Shown here: positions 1 through 8,252 of the stretch, piece after piece
How positions within the stretch are numbered: the stretch's first letter is position 1
How the letters are laid out: each line of letters begins with the position of its first letter
From: an uncultured bacterium
GTDB lineage: Bacteria > Acidobacteriota > HRBIN11 > JAKEFK01
Assembly: GCA_963777505.1 (NCBI GenBank)
Contig: CAVZQN010000004.1
Coordinates: 1,632,001-1,696,000, forward strand
Direction: 5' to 3'
Length of the DNA: 64,000 bases
Notes under the pieces: generated by a model
Databases searched by the model: none
Told to the model about the DNA's origin: nothing
Seen by the model: only the letters and a program-made list of their open reading frames with translations
Position numbers and translations under genes: made by a program

Positions 1-849
1 TTACAAACCGATGCGCCGGAATCATCGGCCACTGCGATATTGAATCGCATAGTCGGTCATCCATCCTTGAATCCAGCTGCATTTGCCTGGTTCTGTGAAG
101 GCGCAAGTGGAGAAAATGTTGATCCTGCTTTTGCGCAGCTTCTAGATGGAAAGTTCATGCTATCTGCGTTTGAATCAATTGATGGAACTGAGTTTTCAAA
201 ACAGCGGAACCGGGTTAAGAAGGCTGTAGAAAGCGGATTGCTGATGAATTTGCTTGCCCGTTCCATCAATCCAGATCTTGCGCAAAAAGCGGTCGATATG
301 TTGGATCACACGATTCACCTGGAAGATTATCGAAGAGATCGTTGGAAAAATGTGATTCGTGCACGGATTCCAGAAACGAAGAAAAAGGAAGATTGGATTT
401 TCAGCACACGTGAAGCCTTTGAACGGAAACGCGTGGAGCTTGAACAGCTGATTAAAGTTGAGCTGCCTGTCAATCGAAAAGCAATTGGCGAAGCTGCGGC
501 GCATGGTGATTTGAAAGAGAATCACGAATATAAGGCTGCAAGGGAACGTCAGGATTATTTGATTAACAGAGTCAGTCAACTTCAGGGTGAATTGAGTCAC
601 GTTCGCGTTCTTGAGCCGGGACAGGTTGATTGCAGCGAAGTGCGGCCTGGTACGCGGGTCGAATTAGTTCAACCCGGTGAAAAACGGATGCTTGTGACAT
701 TGCTCGGTCCCTGGGATTCCAATCCTCAGGAAGGTGTGTATTCCTATCAAGCAAGAATCGGCACGATACTTCTTGGCAAACTTCCAGGTGAAAAAGTGGA
801 ATGGAATGACGAGCACTGGACCGTAGAAAAAATCGAACCCTGGAGCTGA
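1..849 (+). CDS. greA: N-terminally extended GreA-type transcription elongation factor (5'-truncated by window edge)
   Basis: C-terminal half has the Gre coiled-coil tip AAAHGDLKENHEYKAARE and the C-terminal TLLGPWDS...YSYQARIG..LLGK. The frame is open back to position 1, so the gene starts upstream. Confidence 0.8.
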   Translation, partial: LQTDAPESSATAILNRIVGHPSLNPAAFAWFCEGASGENVDPAFAQLLDGKFMLSAFESIDGTEFSKQRNRVKKAVESGLLMNLLARSINPDLAQKAVDMLDHTIHLEDYRRDRWKNVIRARIPETKKKEDWIFSTREAFERKRVELEQLIKVELPVNRKAIGEAAAHGDLKENHEYKAARERQDYLINRVSQLQGELSHVRVLEPGQVDCSEVRPGTRVELVQPGEKRMLVTLLGPWDSNPQEGVYSYQARIGTILLGKLPGEKVEWNDEHWTVEKIEPWS

Positions 850-858
850 GCTTATTAA

Positions 859-908
859 GGGATCGCAGACGTCCCGTCTGCATCGGGATCGCGGACATCT
901 TGTCCGCA
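859..908. repeat. Two tandem REP-like palindromes (GGGATC-GCRGAC-N5-GTCYGCA)
   Basis: gggatcgcagacgtcccgtctgca (859-882) and gggatcgcggacatcttgtccgca (885-908) lie between convergent genes. The same family occurs at 36383-36488. Confidence 0.85.
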
Positions 909-915
909 TACCATT

Positions 916-1521
916 TCACTGCGGCGTTACAGGAATCTGCCTATCTTCCGGAACTGTCCACAAGTAAAGCGTTCTATTGTGAACATAGATAGTCTTCTCT
1001 GGCTTCCAATCACCCATATCGAATGTATTTGAAACGATTCGTGTGCCTGGTTTGAGTTCAGCGAGAAGTTTAGGTCGCAATTTCAGATTTACCCTTTGCA
1101 AAAGATAGAGTGTAACTACTGTCGCATCTTTAATATCTGCATCAAATAAATCGCGTTCGAGAAACTTTACGCGATCACTGACTCCGGCCTTCGTTGCATT
1201 GCCCCATGCTTCTTTGATTCTTACGGGATCGATATCAATACCGACTCCATGCGCTCCAAACTTTTCTGCAGCCATAACAACAATTCGACCATCGCCGCAT
1301 CCTAAGTCGTAGACAATGTCACTGCTTTGTACGTTTGCCATTTTTAACATTTCCTCAACGACCTCATTAGGAGTTGAGACATACGGCACATCTTTTTCCT
1401 TTTTGGGCTGCGGTTGAGATTGTGGTTGTAAAACATCCAACACCTGGGCTTCCTGGAATTGAGCTCCTGCAAACGCGAATAGCACAACCGCCATTGCGCC
1501 GAGAATTGTTTTGCGTACCAT
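916..1521 (-). CDS. Class I SAM-dependent methyltransferase with N-terminal signal/TM segment (FAM173/aKMT-like)
   Basis: VPYVSTP pre-motif, motif I YDLGCGDGRI, VVTLYLL, LKPGTRIVSN.F. Hydrophobic N-terminus. Confidence 0.85.
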   Translation of the reverse strand: MVRKTILGAMAVVLFAFAGAQFQEAQVLDVLQPQSQPQPKKEKDVPYVSTPNEVVEEMLKMANVQSSDIVYDLGCGDGRIVVMAAEKFGAHGVGIDIDPVRIKEAWGNATKAGVSDRVKFLERDLFDADIKDATVVTLYLLQRVNLKLRPKLLAELKPGTRIVSNTFDMGDWKPEKTIYVHNRTLYLWTVPEDRQIPVTPQ

Positions 1522-1633
1522 ACGGTTCTCCTTTTAGATCTACCTGGGGTTCAATACGAATAAAGATTTGTCCTGGCTTCTGAAGCTATAATAAAATATT
1601 AGTACAACATCCAATAGATACAAGGATAAACCT

Positions 1634-3799
1634 ATGCATATTCGCTCAATTTTTATTGTCTTCAGCGTATTCCTCGCTGGTTTTGCTTTCGCCGAAAACT
1701 TAAATGAACAGCTTCTCGAAGCTGCACGGAAAGGTGATGCAACGCTCGTCAAGTCGTTGCTTGACCGTGGTGCCGATGTCAATGCAAAAGCCCGGTATAA
1801 CGTCACACCCCTTGCTTTTGCCTGCGATAAAGGGCATCTCGAAGTCGTTAAATTGTTGCTTGAACGCGGCGCAGATGTGAATGCAGAAGATACTTTTTAC
1901 AAATCAACTCCTTTAACGTGGGCGGCGGAAAATGGACACATTGAAATCGCAAAACTTCTAATCCAAAAAGGGGCGAAAACTGAAGGAGCCCTAACATTCA
2001 TGATTTATACCGGAAAAGAAGATATGGTCCGGATGCTTCTCGAAAACGCAAAGTTTACGCCTGAAAATATGACGGAGGCTCTTGAAGTCGCAATCTCGCA
2101 AGAGCAAAAAGGTATTGTAAAAATTCTTGAAGACGCAGGAGCAGTACGAAAAAAGGCGGACCTTCAGGTACCACCAGAAGTTCTAAAAATGTACGCAGGC
2201 AAGTTCAAAAATAATGAAGGAAATGAGGTGACGTTTGTTCCTGATGAAAATTCAATAAAGGGGAGTGGAGCAGGTGAGCCTTTTGTGCTTATTCCCAAAG
2301 ACGATAAGTCATTTGAAATGGGTGGTGCTCCTGACTACAAATTTGTTTTTGAAGTCGCAGATGGCAAGTCAAACCGGTTAACTGTTACACGTCCGGATGG
2401 CTCTACTTCCATTTATGACAGAGTTGATGAAAAGAGTGCAGCTGCAGAAGAACCAAAAAGCACTCAGACTGCCAACACCGCCGCGCTTACAGAAAAGCGT
2501 GAGGTTACAAAGCCATTAAACTGGCCTTCATTTCGTGGAACTGAAGCTTCAGGTGTCGCAGATGGACAATATCCTCCTGCTGTATGGGATGTTGAGAAAG
2601 GAAATAACATTGCATGGAAAACAGCAGTTCCTGGTTTAGCGAATTCATCTCCTATTGTTTGGGGCGACCGTGTATTCATAACGACTGCTATCACCAGCGA
2701 TCCAGAATCAAAATTGCGGCATGGTCTTTATGGCGATGTTAAACCCTCTGAAGATTTAACAAAACATACATGGCGTATCTATAGCATTGATAAAAAATCA
2801 GGAAAAATTTTATGGGACAAGATTGCTTTTGAAGGCTCTCCAAACGTAAAACGCCATCCAAAATCTACCCAATCGAATTCAACACCTGTAACCGACGGTA
2901 CGCATGTAGTTGCTTTGTTTGGTTATGGAGGACTGCAGTGTTATGACTTCAAAGGAAATCTATTGTGGAAGAACGATCTTGGAGTTCTAGATTCCGGCTG
3001 GTTTTATGATCCTGATTATCAATGGGGCCATGGAAGTTCTCCAGTATTGTTCGGAGATCTGGTTATTGTGCAGGCCGATTTGCAGAAAAATTCCTATATT
3101 GCCGCATTCAATCTTAAAGATGGAAAGTTAGTATGGAAAACTCTTCGTGATGAAATTCCATCATGGGGGAGTCCCACTGTAGTGAAAACAAAGAACGGAA
3201 GTCAGATCGTTACCAATGGTACGAATTATGTTCGAGGTTACGACGCGAAATCCGGAAAAGAAGTGTGGAAGCTTAAAAATAATTCAGAAATTACAGTTCC
3301 AACTCCTTTTGTTGCTCATGATCTAATTTTTGTTACAAGCGGTTATCCTCCCATGCAACCAATCTTTGCAATTCGCACGAGTGCAACTGGAGATATTTCA
3401 TTGAAAGAAGGTTCCGAATCGAATGAATATGTCGCGTGGAGTAAATCACGTGGCGGACCATACATGCCAACTCCCATTGTGTATGGTGATTATTTGTATA
3501 CTTGTGCAAATAATGGTGTTGTGGCTTGCTACAACGCGAAAACAGGCGAACGCATTTATCAAAAACGCCTTGGTGGAAAGGGCAGCGGATATGCATTTAC
3601 TGCTTCACCTGTTGCAGCAGATGGAAAGCTATATTTTACGAGTGAAGATGGGGAAATTTATGTTGTTAAAGCAGGGCCTGAATATGAAGTGCTCGCGATC
3701 AACAAAATGAATGAAGTCGCAATGGCAACACCTGCTATCTCCGACGGCATGATCGTCATCCGAACGCTCGAGCATGTGTACGGAATTCAAGCCAAATGA
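1634..3799 (+). CDS. Secreted ankyrin-repeat + PQQ-like (BamB-type) beta-propeller protein
   Basis: Signal peptide, ankyrin repeats (TPLAFACDKGHLEVVKLLLERGADVN), then NWPSFRG, SSPIVWGDRVF and repeated propeller blades. Confidence 0.85.
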   Translation: MHIRSIFIVFSVFLAGFAFAENLNEQLLEAARKGDATLVKSLLDRGADVNAKARYNVTPLAFACDKGHLEVVKLLLERGADVNAEDTFYKSTPLTWAAENGHIEIAKLLIQKGAKTEGALTFMIYTGKEDMVRMLLENAKFTPENMTEALEVAISQEQKGIVKILEDAGAVRKKADLQVPPEVLKMYAGKFKNNEGNEVTFVPDENSIKGSGAGEPFVLIPKDDKSFEMGGAPDYKFVFEVADGKSNRLTVTRPDGSTSIYDRVDEKSAAAEEPKSTQTANTAALTEKREVTKPLNWPSFRGTEASGVADGQYPPAVWDVEKGNNIAWKTAVPGLANSSPIVWGDRVFITTAITSDPESKLRHGLYGDVKPSEDLTKHTWRIYSIDKKSGKILWDKIAFEGSPNVKRHPKSTQSNSTPVTDGTHVVALFGYGGLQCYDFKGNLLWKNDLGVLDSGWFYDPDYQWGHGSSPVLFGDLVIVQADLQKNSYIAAFNLKDGKLVWKTLRDEIPSWGSPTVVKTKNGSQIVTNGTNYVRGYDAKSGKEVWKLKNNSEITVPTPFVAHDLIFVTSGYPPMQPIFAIRTSATGDISLKEGSESNEYVAWSKSRGGPYMPTPIVYGDYLYTCANNGVVACYNAKTGERIYQKRLGGKGSGYAFTASPVAADGKLYFTSEDGEIYVVKAGPEYEVLAINKMNEVAMATPAISDGMIVIRTLEHVYGIQAK

Positions 3800-3843
3800 G
3801 GATGGGTTAAATCTTCGCCACAATCGGTGCGTTCAAGAAAGGT

Positions 3844-4695
3844 ATGATGAGAAACCGTCTCTTTCATGATGCGCGCGACTTTCAAATTCTTTTTTTATTT
3901 ACCTTCCTGACACTAGGAATATTTGAGCGGGATTGGACTCTTCGACCCATACTGATGGCGACGATTATAGTGTCCTCAGTCACCGTTCAATGGATTTGCG
4001 ATCGTTTTTTCTCTTCTCCCAAGCCCTCGATTCGCAGCGCCTTGATCACGGCGATTAGCTTGTGCGCACTTCTTCGAGCCGGCTCAATTCTAACAATGAT
4101 CATTGCCGGAGCAGCGTCCATCTTGAGTAAATTTCTTTTTCGTTACCGCGGAAAACATTTCTTTAACCCATCTAATTTTGGAATCATTCTTGTTTTGTTG
4201 CTCACGTCTGATGCCTGGGTATCGCCAGGGCAATGGGGGAACGAGGTTTGGCTTGTGCTTTTGTTTTTCGCAACCGGTGGCATGGTGGTTAGCAAAGTCG
4301 GACGTTGGGACACGACAGGTGCATTTTTAGGCGGTTATATATTGCTTGAGTTTGCCCGCAATCAATGGCTCGGATGGACACCCGATGTTTTTGTTCACAA
4401 AATGATGAGCGGCTCGCTGCTTCTGTTTTCATTTTTCATGATCACAGATCCGCGTGCGATTCCTGATCGAAGAATTGCAAGAATACTCTGGTCTCTTTGT
4501 GTTGCAGTCCTTACGTATGTTCTCCGGAATCATTATTTCCTTCCGACAGCTCCGTTTTGGGCATTATTTGTGCTGTCACCATTTACGATCGTTTTCGATC
4601 GGATATTTCCAGCCAAGCGATTTGAATGGAGTGCCAAAGAAAGCTCTGTTGTAAATCCATTAATCGCAAAGACACAAAGGGAGGTCTTGGTATGA
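3844..4695 (+). CDS. Stand-alone RnfD/NqrB-family membrane protein
   Basis: Polytopic membrane protein with SALITAISL..LL, SKFLF....KHFFNPSNFG and FFMITDP motifs typical of the NqrB/RnfD fold. No other rnf/nqr genes are in the window. Confidence 0.75.
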   Translation: MMRNRLFHDARDFQILFLFTFLTLGIFERDWTLRPILMATIIVSSVTVQWICDRFFSSPKPSIRSALITAISLCALLRAGSILTMIIAGAASILSKFLFRYRGKHFFNPSNFGIILVLLLTSDAWVSPGQWGNEVWLVLLFFATGGMVVSKVGRWDTTGAFLGGYILLEFARNQWLGWTPDVFVHKMMSGSLLLFSFFMITDPRAIPDRRIARILWSLCVAVLTYVLRNHYFLPTAPFWALFVLSPFTIVFDRIFPAKRFEWSAKESSVVNPLIAKTQREVLV

Positions 4696-6003
4696 TGCGG
4701 ATTTTATTAGCTTTTGTATTTTCATTGCCTTTCATTTCATCTGCCTATGGATTTTGCGGATTTTTTGTGGCCAAGGCAGACACGAAATTATTCAACAAGG
4801 CTTCAAAGGTTGTGCTTGTTCGGGATGAAAATCGCACAGTCATTACAATGGCGAACGACTTTCAAGGAGAAGTAAAAGATTTTGCAATTGTAGTTCCGGT
4901 TCCAGTCGTTTTGAAAAAGGAACAAGTTCATATCGGTGATCCAAAAATCATTGAAAGGCTTGATGCATTCAGCGCACCGCGATTGGTCGAATACTTCGAT
5001 CGTGATCCATGCCAGCCTGTTTATCCTGAAAGTGTCGGTGCGGCAATGCCGCGGAAATCGGCAGTAGCTGACCGCAAGAAGAGATTCAACAGGCGTAACG
5101 ATTGAGGAGCAGTTTACTGTTGGCGAATACGACATCATGATTTTGAGTGCGACTGAATCTTCAGGACTTCAGACATGGCTGGAACAAAATGGATATAAAA
5201 TTCCGAAAACCGCAACTGAATTGCTTCAGCCTTATATCCGCAGTAACACAAAGTTTTTTGTAGCGAAAGTGAATCTTGCCGAATATGACAAACGAGGTCT
5301 AACGTATCTTCGTCCAATTCAAATGGCTTTTGAATCACCTAAATTTATGCTGCCGATCCGTTTGGGAATGGCAAATGCAGATGGCGTACAGGACCTGATT
5401 GTATTTGCATTATCTCGAGTGGGAAGAATTGAGGTTACCAATTACCGAACTGTAAATATTCCATCAGAATTCAATATTCCGATTTACGTTAAGAATGAAT
5501 TCGCCGATTTCTATAAAGCGATGTTTCAAAGAGCCTACGAAAAGGAAGGGAAGAATGCTGTGTTTGTTGAGTATGCATGGGACATGGCCTGGTGTGATCC
5601 ATGTGCAGATGATCCATTGAATCCTGAAGAGCTTCGAAAAGCGGGTGTTTTCTGGTTAGATCAGCAAAATCAAAACAATGTTTTTATTACTCGAATTCAT
5701 GCGCGTTATACACGTCCGCTATTTCCTGAGGATTTCGTATTTCAGGCAACTCCTAATCGTCAGAATTATCAAGGACGTTATATTTTGCAGCATCCATTCA
5801 AAGGGAAAATTGCGTGTGACCAGGGCCGTCAGTATTTAAGAGAAGTGGCTAAACGGCAGGAGAAAGAAGCACAACAACTGGCAAGTTATACAGGGTGGGA
5901 CATTAATGAAATTCGTAAGAAAATGGGACTTCAACAAGCTGTGAATAAACCCGAAGATGAGTCATGGTGGGATAAAATCTTTTCGGATGAAAAGGATGAC
6001 TAA
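4692..6003 (+). CDS. DUF2330-family secreted protein, copy 1 (single +1 frameshift near 5070-5085)
   Basis: ORFs 4626-5105 and 5137-6003 together align end-to-end with copy 2. The shifted frame reads RDSTGVTIEEQFTVGEYDI, matching DALGIKIEAQFTVGEYDI in copy 2. Confidence 0.8.
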
Positions 6004-6029
6004 CCGCAAAGACACAGAGGGAGGTTGAT

Positions 6030-7343
6030 ATGAAGCGGATTGTTCTAGCTTTTTTATTTACAACGATCATAGTTAGCTCTGCTTACGGCTTTTGCGGTTT
6101 TTTCGTAGCAAAGGCTGATACAAAGCTATTCAACAAGGCTTCGAAAGTTGTTTTAGCCCGTGATGGTGATCGCACTGTCCTTACAATGGCAAACGATTTT
6201 CAAGGTGAAGTCAAAGACTTTGCGATTGTCGTTCCTGTTCCTGTTGTATTGAAGAAGGAACAAGTTCACATCGGCGACCCGAAAATGATTGAACGTCTTG
6301 ATGCATTCAGTGCGCCGCGGCTCGTAGAATATTTTGATTCGGATCCGTGTATGCCTATTCCTCCGCAACCAGTTCCCATGCCTTCGGCTATGGCAGACAA
6401 AAGCGGCGCGAGCAGAGCGCGTGAAGATGCTCTTGGAATCAAGATTGAGGCTCAATTTACCGTTGGTGAATATGACATCATTATTTTGAGCGCGAAAGAA
6501 TCATCGGGGCTTCAAATTTGGCTCAATGAAAATGGCTACAAAATGCCACCAGGTGCAGCAGAACTTCTGCAGCCTTACATCCGAAGCAATACAAAGTTCT
6601 TCGTTGCGAAAGTGAATCTTGCCGAATATGACAAACGAGGTCTTACCTTTTTGCGGCCATTACAGATGGCATTCGAATCGCCTAAGTTTATGCTGCCGAT
6701 CCGTCTTGGAATGGCTAATGCAGATAAAGAACAAGATCTTGTCGTGTTTGCTTTATCACCGCAAGGAAGAACAGAGGTAACAAATTACAGAACTGTGAAT
6801 ATCCCTTCCAACGTCGAAATCCCCGTTTATGTAAAGAACGAATTTTCAGAATTCTATCGTTCAATGTTTCAGCGTGCCTATGAGAAAGAAGGCAGGAATG
6901 CTGTATTTGTGGAATATGCATGGGACATGGCATGGTGCGATCCATGTGCCGCCGATCCTTTAACACCTGAAGAACTGCGAAAAGCCGGTGTGTTCTGGGA
7001 AAGCGAGCAAGGTTCAAGCAATGTTTTTATCACGCGTATTCATGCGCGATATACGCGAGATAAATTTCCTGAGGATCTCGTATTTCAGACAACTCCGAAT
7101 CGAGAAAACTACCAGGGACGTTACATCATGCGGCATCCATTTAAAGGAAAAGTCGCCTGCGATCAGGGACGCCGGTACATGCGTGAACTTTCCACAAGAC
7201 AGGAAAAAGAAGCGCAAACACTTGCTTCACTGACAGGATGGGACATCAATGAGGTTAGAAAAAAGATGGGACTCAACCAGGCGAAAGGCAAACCTGAAGA
7301 TGAATCCTGGTGGGACAAAATTTTTGACGATGATGAACAGTAG
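6030..7343 (+). CDS. DUF2330-family secreted protein, copy 2 (intact)
   Basis: Signal peptide followed by FCGFFVAKADTKLFN, APRLVEYFD.DPC, VGEYDI, MLPIRLG, EYAWD..WCDPC, NYQGRYI.RHPF. RBS GGAGG upstream. Confidence 0.85.
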   Translation: MKRIVLAFLFTTIIVSSAYGFCGFFVAKADTKLFNKASKVVLARDGDRTVLTMANDFQGEVKDFAIVVPVPVVLKKEQVHIGDPKMIERLDAFSAPRLVEYFDSDPCMPIPPQPVPMPSAMADKSGASRAREDALGIKIEAQFTVGEYDIIILSAKESSGLQIWLNENGYKMPPGAAELLQPYIRSNTKFFVAKVNLAEYDKRGLTFLRPLQMAFESPKFMLPIRLGMANADKEQDLVVFALSPQGRTEVTNYRTVNIPSNVEIPVYVKNEFSEFYRSMFQRAYEKEGRNAVFVEYAWDMAWCDPCAADPLTPEELRKAGVFWESEQGSSNVFITRIHARYTRDKFPEDLVFQTTPNRENYQGRYIMRHPFKGKVACDQGRRYMRELSTRQEKEAQTLASLTGWDINEVRKKMGLNQAKGKPEDESWWDKIFDDDEQ

Positions 7344-7372
7344 ACTCTGCGACTCCGCGGTGAGAACAAAGA

Positions 7373-8167
7373 TTAACGAAGCCGCCGAAATTGTGTAGGA
7401 GTCATGCCAGTAAAGCGTTTGAATATTTTTGTAAAGTGACTTTGATCACAAAATCCAGACGCTAACGCAATCTCCGCAATTGAATTGTGTCCGTGAAGTA
7501 AATTGCAGGCATGCTCAACTCTTAAGCTCCGTACATATTCTGCAACTGTCGTTCCATAGAATTTGCGGAAGGATCTAGCCAGATGAACAGGATGGACACC
7601 CGCGCCTAAGGCTAATTGTTTAAAAGAAAAATTCTCCACGAAACAATCCTGAAGATGAGCTTTCGTATCCTTCAACCATCGCGGGATTTCTTTCGAAGCG
7701 ATACGGAATTCTCTCAATCCCGCAGCCATTAATTCCATTGAAAGTCCTTCAATAGCAAGGCTTGAAAGATTGTCCGGAAATTTGAACTCCTGAAATATCC
7801 GCATAGCAATCAAAGAAGGTTTGATGCCGCATGAATTCCACGGTTGTGCATCCGACATTTCAGAAATTCCTTGAAAGAATTCGATATTAAAACACCGGCT
7901 CGGATTGTCATGAACGCGATCGGAATGGAGGTCTCCCGGTGGGTGAAATATGACTGTCCCGGGTTTGCAATTCAATGTACGGTTACGTCCGATTTCAGAA
8001 AAAGTCCCTTGCAAGACATAGCAAAAAAACGGCAGCTCGTGAAAATGTTTGGGAATAACCTCCCGGGCATCGTATCGGGTTTCGCACAACTGGATTCCGC
8101 CCGTTTTATGCAGGCTGGTTATAGTTCCAAAGTACTGCCCTGAGCTTAAAACTCGATTCAATTCCAT
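7373..8167 (-). CDS. AraC-family transcriptional regulator (cupin + HTH)
   Basis: IPKHFHE cupin and C-terminal IAEIALASGFCDQSHFTKIFKRFTGMTP. Start placed at MELNRV. Divergent from the M1 peptidase. Confidence 0.9.
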   Translation of the reverse strand: MELNRVLSSGQYFGTITSLHKTGGIQLCETRYDAREVIPKHFHELPFFCYVLQGTFSEIGRNRTLNCKPGTVIFHPPGDLHSDRVHDNPSRCFNIEFFQGISEMSDAQPWNSCGIKPSLIAMRIFQEFKFPDNLSSLAIEGLSMELMAAGLREFRIASKEIPRWLKDTKAHLQDCFVENFSFKQLALGAGVHPVHLARSFRKFYGTTVAEYVRSLRVEHACNLLHGHNSIAEIALASGFCDQSHFTKIFKRFTGMTPTQFRRLR

Positions 8168-8252
8168 TGTTATTGGCTCACCAAAAAGTTTACAGCATAC
8201 AAGACAAAAACCCTTCCGATATTTAGACTGATTCTCCAGCAAAGAGGTTGGG

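Noticed and set aside
5060-5140. Programmed frameshift or phase variation in DUF2330 copy 1
   Set aside because: No slippery heptamer or long SSR, and similar indels occur throughout the window.
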